From the NCBI GenBank assembly GCA_964556485.1, contig CAZKVV010000005.1, positions 16,326 through 80,325 on the forward strand: a stretch of DNA of 64,000 bases, written 5' to 3'. Below are positions 10,250-19,873 of this stretch, piece after piece (within the stretch, counting starts at the first letter, position 1; each line of letters starts with the position of its first letter). The position numbers and the translations under genes were made by a program. The notes below the pieces were generated by a model. The model was not told the DNA's origin. It ran no database searches and saw only the letters and a program-made list of their open reading frames with translations. Origin of the DNA: an uncultured Pseudomonadales bacterium (GTDB taxonomy: Bacteria; Patescibacteriota; Microgenomatia; UBA1400; PJMF01).

Positions 10250-11013
10250 TATTCTGCACTTTCAGTTTCTGCAACTTCCTCAGCTATTTGAGCAACAGCT
10301 TGCTCAGGAAGACCTGATGCTTTTCTGTCGAGCTCAACGTGCTTCTTTTTACCTGATTTTGAAATCTTAATATCACTCATAATAGATCCAGGAATTGGAC
10401 CACTAAGCCAAATTTCACCAGTTGATTCTTCGATATGAAGAACTACTAAACCAGCAACTGACTTAGCAACGTTACCGTAATGACCAGGCATTTTCTTACC
10501 CATCCACACACGACCGGGAGTTGTGCCTGCACCAATTGAGCCTACAGCACGTGCTCTATCCGATTGACCATGAGTTGCTGGACCACCATGGAAACCATGT
10601 TTCTTCATTGCACCTGCAAACCCACGACCTTTGATAAAACCTTGAACTGAGACTACATCTCCTACTTCGAGAATTGAAGCTAGCGAAACTTGCTGACCAA
10701 CTTCATACAAACTAGCATCTCCAAATACTCTCGCACCCTTTATGTTCTTAAAACCAGAAGAAAAGCCACTCTTTTCTAATCTAGCTCTGAGTGGCTTAGT
10801 CATATTCTTAAGTTTTTTTGCACCAAATCCAACTTCGAGAATTGTACAAGAAAGTTGTTCTCTTGTCTTACTATTCTTATCAAGTACTAGGGTTTCTTTT
10901 TTTCCAACAATATTATTAACACCAGCTTGAACTCTAGTTACAGCCAAGCGCTTGCCGTTCTTGGTCCAGGCTTGTGTCATTCCGATCTTGGTCACAAAAA
11001 AATCTGTTAGCAT
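10249..11013 (-). CDS. rplC: 50S ribosomal protein uL3
   Basis: KIGMTQ, KGRGFAG and GKKMPGHYG motifs. Confidence 0.98.
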   Translation of the reverse strand: MLTDFFVTKIGMTQAWTKNGKRLAVTRVQAGVNNIVGKKETLVLDKNSKTREQLSCTILEVGFGAKKLKNMTKPLRARLEKSGFSSGFKNIKGARVFGDASLYEVGQQVSLASILEVGDVVSVQGFIKGRGFAGAMKKHGFHGGPATHGQSDRARAVGSIGAGTTPGRVWMGKKMPGHYGNVAKSVAGLVVLHIEESTGEIWLSGPIPGSIMSDIKISKSGKKKHVELDRKASGLPEQAVAQIAEEVAETESAE

Positions 11014-11126
11014 AGCAATATGTTTCTAGTTTTCTAAAGTCCGTATTTTGGTTTAGGCTCCTTTTAGTTGGCAGAGCGACTCCTTCTATTATCACTTTTG
11101 ATGACAATATTCTTGATATCCATAAA

Positions 11127-11456
11127 CTACATTTTAATCTGAATTGATACACCTGCAGGCAACTCTAAATGCATGAGCGAATCAATTGTTTTACTGGTAG
11201 GATTAACAATATCAATTAATCTCTTGTGAGTTTTAATATGATAGTGTTCTTGAGCATTTTTATCAGTATGTGGTGAAACTAACACGGCAAATTCTTTTTT
11301 ATCTGTAGGAAGCGGAACAGGTCCAACAACTTTAGCACCAGTTGAAAGTGCAGTCTCAAGAATCTTTCTACTTGCTGTATCTACAACCCTATGGTCGTAT
11401 GATTTAAGTCTTACTCTGATTGAGTACGTAGTTTGATTTGTTTGTTTCTTAGTCAT
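11127..11456 (-). CDS. rpsJ: 30S ribosomal protein uS10
   Basis: [17 protein letters not shown] and HKRLIDI motifs. Confidence 0.98.
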   Translation of the reverse strand: MTKKQTNQTTYSIRVRLKSYDHRVVDTASRKILETALSTGAKVVGPVPLPTDKKEFAVLVSPHTDKNAQEHYHIKTHKRLIDIVNPTSKTIDSLMHLELPAGVSIQIKM

Positions 11457-11541
11457 ACTGTTAAAGAATGTTACCTACTATTTATTTTTTGCCCAAGGCA
11501 ATTAACCATAGGGCGAAATTATATACTATCCTCCCCGAGAA

Positions 11542-11602
11542 GTAAACCCCGCTTTTGATAAGAAAAGCGGGGTTTACCTCCCATCTTCATTACTGAAGAT
11601 GG
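11542..11602 (-). terminator. Two hairpins after tuf (likely terminator)
   Basis: GTAAACCCCGCTTTT/AAAAGCGGGGTTTAC (15 bp) and CCATCTTCA/TGAAGATGG inverted repeats. Confidence 0.7.
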
Positions 11603-11616
11603 AAGGCACCTGTTAC

Positions 11617-12813
11617 TTATTTAATAACTTTTGTTATTGCGCCAGCACCAATGGTGTGCCCACCCTCGCGGATGGCGAATCGCAACCCTTCGTGGAGAGC
11701 AACTGGAGCAATGAGCTTAGCTGACATCTTAGCGTTGTCACCTGGCATGACCATTTCGACACCAGCTGGAAGTTGAATTTCTCCGGTAACGTCCGTAGTT
11801 CTAATATAGAACTGTGGTCTGTAACCTGGGAAGAAAGGCTTGTGACGACCACCTTCTTCTTTGGTTAAGATATACACTTCAGCTTCGAATTCTGTGTGTG
11901 GTTGAGCTGTGCCAGTCTTAGCCAAGACTTGACCACGTTCGACACCTTCTTTATCAACACCACGAAGCAAGATGCCAACGTTGTCACCAGCTTCACCTCT
12001 GTCAAGAAGTTTGCGGAACATTTCAACACCAGTAACTGTTGTTTTAGCAGTTGGTCTAATACCAACCATTTCAACTTCTTCACCGACTTTAACAACACCT
12101 GATTCAATACGACCTGTAACAACAGTTCCTCTTCCTTTAATTGAGAAAACATCCTCAATAGGCATAAGGAATGGCTTATCAAGATCGCGAACTGGATCTG
12201 GGATGTATGCATCAACAGTATTCATGAGTTCCATGATCTGCTTTTGAGCTTCGCCATCACCTTCGAGTGCTTTGAGAGCACTGACTCTGATTACTGGAGT
12301 TTCATCACCGTCGAAACCATATTTGGTAAGAAGTTCACGAACTTCCATTTCAACGAGGTCGAGAAGTTCTGCATCATCAACCATGTCACACTTGTTTAGA
12401 GCAACAACGACTTTTGGAACGTTCACCTGTTTAGCAAGGAGAATGTGCTCGCGAGTCTGTGGCATTGGACCATCAGTAGCAGCAACAACTAAGATTGCAC
12501 CGTCCATTTGAGCAGCACCAGTGATCATATTCTTGATGTAGTCAGCGTGACCTGGAGCATCAATATGAGCGTAGTGTCTCTTTTCGGTTTCATACTCAAT
12601 GTGTGAAATGTTAATAGTCACACCACGAGCTGCTTCTTCTGGAGCATTATCAATGTCTCCATAGCCCATAGCTTTGTTAATAGTTGACTTCACATTTGCT
12701 GCGAGCGTTGTTGTAATTGCTGCAGAAAGTGTTGTCTTTCCATGGTCGACGTGACCAATTGTACCAATATTGACGTGCTTTTTATCACGTACAAATTTTG
12801 CTGCATCTGCCAT
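11617..12813 (-). CDS. tuf: Elongation factor Tu
   Basis: [17 protein letters not shown] and NKCD motifs. Confidence 0.99.
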   Translation of the reverse strand: MADAAKFVRDKKHVNIGTIGHVDHGKTTLSAAITTTLAANVKSTINKAMGYGDIDNAPEEAARGVTINISHIEYETEKRHYAHIDAPGHADYIKNMITGAAQMDGAILVVAATDGPMPQTREHILLAKQVNVPKVVVALNKCDMVDDAELLDLVEMEVRELLTKYGFDGDETPVIRVSALKALEGDGEAQKQIMELMNTVDAYIPDPVRDLDKPFLMPIEDVFSIKGRGTVVTGRIESGVVKVGEEVEMVGIRPTAKTTVTGVEMFRKLLDRGEAGDNVGILLRGVDKEGVERGQVLAKTGTAQPHTEFEAEVYILTKEEGGRHKPFFPGYRPQFYIRTTDVTGEIQLPAGVEMVMPGDNAKMSAKLIAPVALHEGLRFAIREGGHTIGAGAITKVIK

Positions 12814-12894
12814 ATATGCCTCCTACTTTATTTATTTCTAACTCTTACTAACGAGTCTTCATTGTACTATGTTTACTGTCCACATGTCATCTAG

Positions 12895-15027
12895 TTATCG
12901 AACTTTTTGTTCATCGATAATCTTTTGAGTAATATTCTGTGGAACAATATCGTAATGACTTGGAAGCATTACTGAAGAAGCTCTGCCCTTAGTCATACTT
13001 CGAAGAATTGTAACATAGCCTTGCATCTCAGCCAATGGGGCGAGTGCTTTAATTATGACTACATTACCTCTGTTTGTCGTTCCTTGAATTTGAGCTCTAC
13101 GTGAACCCAAGTCTCCAATAACATCACCCATGTATTCTTCGGGAGTGGTAACTTCTACCTGCATGATAGGCTCGAGTAGAACCATCCCTGCCTGAGCAGT
13201 TGCATCACGCATAGCCAAAGAACCGGCCATCTTAAATGCTAATTCGTTTGAGTCAACTTCATGGTATGAACCATCATACAAAGTAGCTTGAACGTCAACC
13301 ATTGGGTAACCAGCCAAGAATCCACGTTCGAGTGCTTCTTGCATACCTTTATCTGTTGGCGTAATGTACTCGCGTGGAACAGTACCACCAGTGATTTCAT
13401 TCACAAACTCATATCCCAAACCTCTATCTCTTGGAGCAATACGAATCATGACGTGACCATATTGACCTCGGCCACCACTCTGTTTGATGTACTTACCTTC
13501 ACCTTCAGCTGCTTTGGTAATTGCTTCACGATATGCAACCTGTGGCGCACCTATATTAGCTTCGACCTTAAATTCACGTTTCATACGGTCAACGAGTATT
13601 TCCAAGTGCAACTCGCCCATACCACCAATAATGGTTTGTCCAGTTTCTGGGTTAGATTTAATAGCAAAGGTTGGATCTTCTTCAGAAAGTTTTGCCAGTG
13701 CCATTCCCATTTTTTCTTGGTCTGACTTAGTTTTTGGCTCAATTGCCAGCGATATAACTGGTTCAGCAAAGGTAATACCTTCGAGAATAATTGGATTTTC
13801 TTGTTCACACAATGTATCACCAGTCTTAGTACTCTTTAAACCTACCAAGGCAACAATCTCGCCAGCTCGAGCTTCAGTGATTTCTTCACGTTCGTTAGCA
13901 TGCATGAGCAAGATACGACCTACGCGCTCTTTTTCACCACGAACTGAGTTATAGATGTAACTACCCGCCTTGATGACGCCAGAATAAACTCGTGTGTAGG
14001 TAAGCTTACCTACATGTGGATCAGTTTGGATCTTAAAAGATAAACCGCTCATTTTTTCTTCTGGACGAAGCGCTCTTGTTTCCTCTTCTTTTGTCTTTGG
14101 GTTCTCACCGGTGATGTGGTCAACGTCAACTGGAGAGGGCAAGTACTCAACAACTGCATCAAGCATTGGTTGAACACCAGTATTCTTTAGTGATGAACCT
14201 GCAAAAATAGGAACGAGTTGATAACTAATAACAGCTTTTCGTAGTGCTGCCTTCAGTTCATTAATACTCATCTCTTCACCTGCAAAATACTTTTCTAGCA
14301 ATGTGTCGTCAGTTTCAGCAATCGCTTCAACGAGCTGAGCGCGAAGTTCTTCAACTTTTTCTAAATACTCTGCGGGAATTTCACGAACTTCTGGTTCTGT
14401 GTCAGCAGCGTTATCTTTCCAGTACAATGCTTTCCTTTCGAGCAACTGAATGGTGCCTCTAAAATCGACCTCAGAACCCATCGGTAAAACCATAACAGCT
14501 GGAACAACTCCAAACTTTACTTTTACATCTTCAATGGTTGCAAAAAAGTCAGCACCTAATTTGTCCATCTTGTTGATAAACACAATGCGTGGCACTTTAT
14601 ACTTATCCGCCTGTCTCCAGACAGTCTCAGACTGAGACTGAACTCCTTCTGAAGCATCAAGCACAGTAACGCCGCCATCAAGTACGCGGAGGCTACGCTC
14701 AACTTCTGCAGTAAAGTCTACGTGTCCTGGAGTGTCAATAATGTTGAAACGATATTGAGCTTTTTCTAAGTGTGTATCGAAGTGAGGAGTCCAAAACGTG
14801 GTGGTGGCTGCAGAAACGATAGTAATACCACGTTCTTGCTCTTGCGCCATCCAGTCCATGGTTGCTGCACCCTCATGCACTTCACCAATTTTATACGTTC
14901 TGCCAGTAAAATAGAGAATACGCTCGGTTGTTGTTGTCTTACCAGCATCAATATGTGCAATAATTCCAATATTCCTAATTCTTTCGAGTGGAATCTTATT
15001 TCTATCTGCATTCTGATCTGTTGCCAT
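12895..15027 (-). CDS. fusA: Elongation factor G
   Basis: [17 protein letters not shown] and GMGELHL motifs. Confidence 0.99.
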   Translation of the reverse strand: MATDQNADRNKIPLERIRNIGIIAHIDAGKTTTTERILYFTGRTYKIGEVHEGAATMDWMAQEQERGITIVSAATTTFWTPHFDTHLEKAQYRFNIIDTPGHVDFTAEVERSLRVLDGGVTVLDASEGVQSQSETVWRQADKYKVPRIVFINKMDKLGADFFATIEDVKVKFGVVPAVMVLPMGSEVDFRGTIQLLERKALYWKDNAADTEPEVREIPAEYLEKVEELRAQLVEAIAETDDTLLEKYFAGEEMSINELKAALRKAVISYQLVPIFAGSSLKNTGVQPMLDAVVEYLPSPVDVDHITGENPKTKEEETRALRPEEKMSGLSFKIQTDPHVGKLTYTRVYSGVIKAGSYIYNSVRGEKERVGRILLMHANEREEITEARAGEIVALVGLKSTKTGDTLCEQENPIILEGITFAEPVISLAIEPKTKSDQEKMGMALAKLSEEDPTFAIKSNPETGQTIIGGMGELHLEILVDRMKREFKVEANIGAPQVAYREAITKAAEGEGKYIKQSGGRGQYGHVMIRIAPRDRGLGYEFVNEITGGTVPREYITPTDKGMQEALERGFLAGYPMVDVQATLYDGSYHEVDSNELAFKMAGSLAMRDATAQAGMVLLEPIMQVEVTTPEEYMGDVIGDLGSRRAQIQGTTNRGNVVIIKALAPLAEMQGYVTILRSMTKGRASSVMLPSHYDIVPQNITQKIIDEQKVR

Positions 15028-15139
15028 ATTACTCCTCAGTTAATACTGTTTTTGCTAAACCCAAGAAAAAGTCCCTAAGGACTTTTTCTGTTGTGATAGC
15101 TTAGAAACTATCACTATACCAAACAAATACTGAACTTTC

Positions 15140-15616
15140 CTACCACCTAAAGTGTGAGAAAGCCTTGTTAGCCTCTGCCATACGATGTGAGGTGTTGCGC
15201 TTATTAATTGCGCCACCTTGCTCGCTAAGAACATCAATCATTTCAGCAACTAATTTCTCGGAAAAGGTGTGGTATTGTTTGCTTGAACGATTATTTGCTT
15301 CGATGATTAACCAACGAAGTGCTAGGGCGAAGCCTCTTCGAGGTCTGACTGGCATAGGAACTTGATAAGCAGCTCCACCCACTCTGCGTGAGCGAACTTC
15401 CATTTGTGGAGTCACAATGCGAAGAACTTCTTCGAATACATCGAGTGGTTTCTTATTAGTTGCTTCGGCAAGTGCTTCTAATGCCTGATATACCTGCTTT
15501 TGTGCAACTGATCGCTTACCATCCCTCATGGCATAGTTAACGAATTTTGCAACCTTTACCGAACCATATTTGCTGTCTGGCTCAACAATTCTGACTGGGG
15601 CTTTTTTAGTTCTCAT
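15140..15616 (-). CDS. rpsG: 30S ribosomal protein uS7
   Basis: RRVGGAAYQVP and HRMAEANKAF motifs. Confidence 0.99.
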   Translation of the reverse strand: MRTKKAPVRIVEPDSKYGSVKVAKFVNYAMRDGKRSVAQKQVYQALEALAEATNKKPLDVFEEVLRIVTPQMEVRSRRVGGAAYQVPMPVRPRRGFALALRWLIIEANNRSSKQYHTFSEKLVAEMIDVLSEQGGAINKRNTSHRMAEANKAFSHFRW

Positions 15617-15670
15617 GATAATTTCTTCTCCATTTGAATCAAATGAATACTTTCATGTGTGATGAAAGCG

Positions 15671-16081
15671 TTACGGACGCTTTACACCATACTTACTACG
15701 ACTTGTTTTTCTATTTGTTACACCGGCACAGTCATACTTGCCACGAACGATGTGATACTTCACACCAGGTAAGTCTTTGACTCTTCCGCCACGGACTAAA
15801 ACGACACTGTGTTCTGCTAAGTTGTGACCTTCACCTGAAATGTAGGCTGTAACTTCCATCTTATTTGAAAGACGAACGCGCGCAACCTTACGGAGCGCTG
15901 AGTTAGGTTTCTTAGGAGTCATGGTTTTAACCACAGTACACACACCTCTTTTTTGAGGATTACGCGTTGAGACAGACTGTGTTGTATTCGAGTTATAACT
16001 ACGACGAAGAGCCGTGGCTTTAATGCGTTTAGGATTCGATCTTCTTCCGCCTTTTCGAATAAGTTGATTAATTGTTGGCAT
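15671..16081 (-). CDS. rpsL: 30S ribosomal protein uS12
   Basis: [10 protein letters not shown] and RVKDLPGV motifs. Confidence 0.99.
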   Translation of the reverse strand: MPTINQLIRKGGRRSNPKRIKATALRRSYNSNTTQSVSTRNPQKRGVCTVVKTMTPKKPNSALRKVARVRLSNKMEVTAYISGEGHNLAEHSVVLVRGGRVKDLPGVKYHIVRGKYDCAGVTNRKTSRSKYGVKRP

Positions 16082-16132
16082 GTACTACTATTTCCTTCTA
16101 CTTTTTCGTGAACGCCGATTATATCACAAGCT

Positions 16133-16163
16133 TGAGGATAACTGACAGAGCCAGTTATCCTCA
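16133..16163 (-). terminator. Hairpin after rpoC, next to an extended -10 (TGaTATAAT) for rpsL
   Basis: TGAGGATAACTG/CAGTTATCCTCA 12-bp inverted repeat. Confidence 0.6.
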
Positions 16164-16174
16164 GACTCGGCTTG

Positions 16175-19100
16175 TTACACTTCTATTTGAGCTCTTTCCT
16201 TACTAGTTGGGATTAAACGACCAATAATAACGTTTTCTTTTAGTCCTTCGAGGTAGTCAATTGCACCTGAAGCTGCTGCATCGGTCAACACATTTTTAGT
16301 GTGTTGGAATGATGCTGCAGACAACCATGAAGTAGTAAAGAGTGACGACCTGGTAATACCGAGGAATAACACTTTAGCTGTTGCTGGTTCACCACCGGCA
16401 GCCATTACTTCATCATTGACCTCGATAAACTTGTTGCGCTCTGTTACTTCACCTGTCAAGAAATCCGTATCACCAGAAGACTCAATCTGCACTTTGTCAC
16501 TCATCTTTCTTAAGATAACTTCAAAATGTTTGTCGTGAATAGGAATACCTTGAGACTCGTACACAGCCTGGACTTGATCAATCACATACTTTTGAGCTGT
16601 GAGTAAACCACCAACCTGCATAAGCTCTTTTATGTTGATAGATCCAATAGTTAATTGTTGACCTACGCTCACCAAATCACCTTCTGCAACTTCTAGGTGT
16701 GTATTCTCTGCAACTATGTAACTTACTTCCTCTACAGGCGTACTTGTAGAACGAACTCTGATTTCAAGCTTACCATCTTCATTGGTGATGGCAACCTTAC
16801 CAGCAACTTCAGAAATAATTGCTTGTGTTTTTGGAGTTCTAGCTTCAAGTAATTCTTCGACACGAGGTAAACCTTGAGTCACATCACCACCCACGATACC
16901 ACCTTTATGCTTAGTACGCATTGTAAGCTGTGTACCAGGTTCGCCAATTGACTGAGCGGCAACGATACCTACTGGCACACCAATCTCAATCTCTTTTCTG
17001 GTGCTAAAGTCCCATCCGTAACACTTGGCACACATTCCTTTTGGAGCTTCGCAAGTAAGCGGTGAGTACACTGCTATGTTGTCAACTTCTAAGGCTGCGA
17101 TCTCGTTTGAGAGTTCTGCTGTAATTACGTCACCAACTTTAGCTACAATCTTGTTACCATTTTTGACATCTTGTGCCAAGAAACGGCCAACAATTCTGGT
17201 TGCAAAGACTTCACTACGTCCAGCACGGGTAATCTCAATGTGTTTTTGTGTTCCACAGTCTTGGAGACGAATGATGACATCATGAGCAACGTCACAGAGT
17301 CTTCGAGTAAGGTATCCAGCGTCTGCAGTTTTAATAGCAGAGTCAGTAAGACCTTTTCTAGAACCACGAGCTGAAGTCACGTATTCAAAGATTGTCAGAC
17401 CTTCACGGAAGTTAGACTTTGTTGGCATTTCCACGATGTTACCAAGTGGATCAACAACGAGTCCTCTCATAGCAGCGAGCTGCTTAACCTGGTCTTTAGA
17501 GGCGCGAGTACCACCTGATTCGATGATGACTTTAACTGCATTGCTCTCATGGTAAGATTTCCATGTCTTTTCAGCAATTTCGTCGGTTGTAGCAATCCAG
17601 ACATCAAATGCTAACTTCTTACGTTCTTCACCAGAGATCATACCTTCAAAGTACTGTTCCTGAATGTTCTCGACCTGTTTGTTTGCTTTGACAATGATTT
17701 CAGCTTTTTCTTCAATCATTTCACAGTCTGAAACAGATACGGACAGACCAGAAACGGTTGCGGCTTTAAAACCAAGGTCTTTGATAGCGTCAATAAGTGG
17801 TGCGATGGTTTCATTGGCATCATTCTTGATTGCATCAGTAACAATAGTCTTAATCTTCTTAGCAGTGATTGCCTCATTCATGAAAGGTAATCCGGCTGGA
17901 AGCAGATCATTGAACTCTAAACGGCCTACTGTTGTCTCCACAATTTCACCGCTATCAAGTCTGACAGTAATTGGCTGTCTCAACTGGATCAGGCGAATTT
18001 GATATGCATGGTACGCTTCTTCTTTCGAAGAGAACACTGTTGGGAATTTTCCTAAAGCTGCATCAATGACAGTGTGATAGTAAGTACCCATAGCCATTTC
18101 CTTATTTGGAATGGTAATAGGTTCACCATTTGCTGGCTTGAGCAAGTTTTTGGTTGCCATCATCAAGTCGCAAGCTTCTTGTTGTGCTTCTTTGGTTAAA
18201 GGAACGTGAACAGCCATTTGGTCACCGTCAAAGTCAGCGTTATACCCTGAACAGACAGCAGGATGCAAACGAATAGCGTTTCCCTCAATAAGAATAGGGA
18301 AGAATGCCTGCATACCCAATTTGTGCAGTGTTGGTGCACGGTTAAGGATAACGGGATGATTTTGTGTAACTTCTTCAAGAATACCGTAAACAACTGGTTC
18401 TCTTCTATCAATAAGGTGACGAGCACTCTTAACGTTTGGAGCAGTTCCCTTGGTGATAAGTTCACGAAGGACATATGGCTTGAAGATCTCAAGCGCCATG
18501 TCTTTTGGCAAACCACACTCATTAAGTTTGAGCTCAGGACCCACAACGATAACTGAACGACCAGAATAGTCAACACGTTTACCCAACAAGTTTTGGCGGA
18601 AACGTCCTTGCTTTCCCTTCAACATCTCAGAGAGAGATTTGAGAGGTCTTCTGTTTGTCCTTCTTCTAGATTGTCGTGCGCCACTACTGTCGATTAAAGA
18701 GTCAACAGCTTCTTGGAGCATGCGCTTTTCATTACGTAAGATGATCTCTGGAGCACCTAAATCGATCAAATGCTTAAGACGGTTGTTACGGTTGATAACT
18801 CTTCGATAGAGGTCATTAAGGTCTGAAGTTGCAAATCTACCGCCTGACAACTGAACCATAGGTCGGAGGTCTGGAGGGATAACTGGCAATATTGACATGA
18901 ACATCCACTCAGCTTCAATTGCAGCCTTGCGAAGTCCTTCAACAACTCTGAGTCTCTTAACAGCCTTGAGCCTTTTTGCACCTTTGCTCTCCGCCATCTC
19001 GTCACGCAACTTGTCTACGAGAATATCCAGATCAATGAGTCTGACCATCTCTAAAATAGCTTCAGCACCCATACCAACTCGCAAGTGATCGATTGCATCA

Positions 19101-19861
19101 TACTCATCAAGCTTTAGGTATTCATCTTCAGTAAGAATAGTGCCACGACTAATTTTCTTGACCATCGATTTCACTTGCTTGTAGATTTCTTCTGTCTGGT
19201 CTAATTGAACTTCTAACTGTTGTTTTAAAGCAACGAGTTTGTTCTTTGCCTTAAGGTCAAGTTCTGTCACCTTAAGTTGCATAGTCTCTTTGTTAGTGAC
19301 CTTTTCCTTAAGATTTTCTTTTTCCTTAACCAAAACATCCTTGATGTCTTCCATCTGCTTTTTACTTGCAGCTTTAAGATCATCTTGTGCGGCTACCAAA
19401 TCGACGTCGAGTCTTTCAACAATCTCAACCTTTTCATCAGCTTCAACATCAAGTACTAAGTACTTTGAGAAGTAGATGATTGAGTTAAGGTTTCTTGGTG
19501 AAATGTCGAGCAATAAAGACAATTTAGATGGAGCACCCTTGAAGTACCAGATGTGAGCAACCGGAGCTGCGAGAGTGATGTGACCCATGCGTTCACGTCG
19601 AACTTTGGCTTGAGTTACCTCAACACCACACTTATCACAAATAATACCTTTATAACGAATACGTTTATACTTACCACAGTAACATTCGTAGTCTTTAATA
19701 GGACCAAAGATTTTTTCATCAAACAAACCATCTTTTTCTGCCTTCAGCGAGCGATAGTTGATTGTTTCAGGTTTTCTGACTTCTCCATGAGACCAAGACT
19801 TGATTGTATCTGGTGAAGCAATCCTAATTTCTAAAGCTGAAAAGTTTGTAATGTTTCCCAT
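16175..19861 (-). CDS. rpoC: RNA polymerase beta' subunit
   Basis: NADFDGD catalytic motif, CYCGKYK zinc finger, GLKENVIIG. Confidence 0.99.
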   Translation of the reverse strand: MGNITNFSALEIRIASPDTIKSWSHGEVRKPETINYRSLKAEKDGLFDEKIFGPIKDYECYCGKYKRIRYKGIICDKCGVEVTQAKVRRERMGHITLAAPVAHIWYFKGAPSKLSLLLDISPRNLNSIIYFSKYLVLDVEADEKVEIVERLDVDLVAAQDDLKAASKKQMEDIKDVLVKEKENLKEKVTNKETMQLKVTELDLKAKNKLVALKQQLEVQLDQTEEIYKQVKSMVKKISRGTILTEDEYLKLDEYDAIDHLRVGMGAEAILEMVRLIDLDILVDKLRDEMAESKGAKRLKAVKRLRVVEGLRKAAIEAEWMFMSILPVIPPDLRPMVQLSGGRFATSDLNDLYRRVINRNNRLKHLIDLGAPEIILRNEKRMLQEAVDSLIDSSGARQSRRRTNRRPLKSLSEMLKGKQGRFRQNLLGKRVDYSGRSVIVVGPELKLNECGLPKDMALEIFKPYVLRELITKGTAPNVKSARHLIDRREPVVYGILEEVTQNHPVILNRAPTLHKLGMQAFFPILIEGNAIRLHPAVCSGYNADFDGDQMAVHVPLTKEAQQEACDLMMATKNLLKPANGEPITIPNKEMAMGTYYHTVIDAALGKFPTVFSSKEEAYHAYQIRLIQLRQPITVRLDSGEIVETTVGRLEFNDLLPAGLPFMNEAITAKKIKTIVTDAIKNDANETIAPLIDAIKDLGFKAATVSGLSVSVSDCEMIEEKAEIIVKANKQVENIQEQYFEGMISGEERKKLAFDVWIATTDEIAEKTWKSYHESNAVKVIIESGGTRASKDQVKQLAAMRGLVVDPLGNIVEMPTKSNFREGLTIFEYVTSARGSRKGLTDSAIKTADAGYLTRRLCDVAHDVIIRLQDCGTQKHIEITRAGRSEVFATRIVGRFLAQDVKNGNKIVAKVGDVITAELSNEIAALEVDNIAVYSPLTCEAPKGMCAKCYGWDFSTRKEIEIGVPVGIVAAQSIGEPGTQLTMRTKHKGGIVGGDVTQGLPRVEELLEARTPKTQAIISEVAGKVAITNEDGKLEIRVRSTSTPVEEVSYIVAENTHLEVAEGDLVSVGQQLTIGSINIKELMQVGGLLTAQKYVIDQVQAVYESQGIPIHDKHFEVILRKMSDKVQIESSGDTDFLTGEVTERNKFIEVNDEVMAAGGEPATAKVLFLGITRSSLFTTSWLSAASFQHTKNVLTDAAASGAIDYLEGLKENVIIGRLIPTSKERAQIEV

Positions 19862-19873
19862 AATCAGTTCTCC

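Noticed and set aside
15064-15089. Hairpin AGAAAAAGTCC/GGACTTTTTCT between rpsG and fusA
   Set aside because: An ordinary intra-operon hairpin or partial terminator, with no further structure
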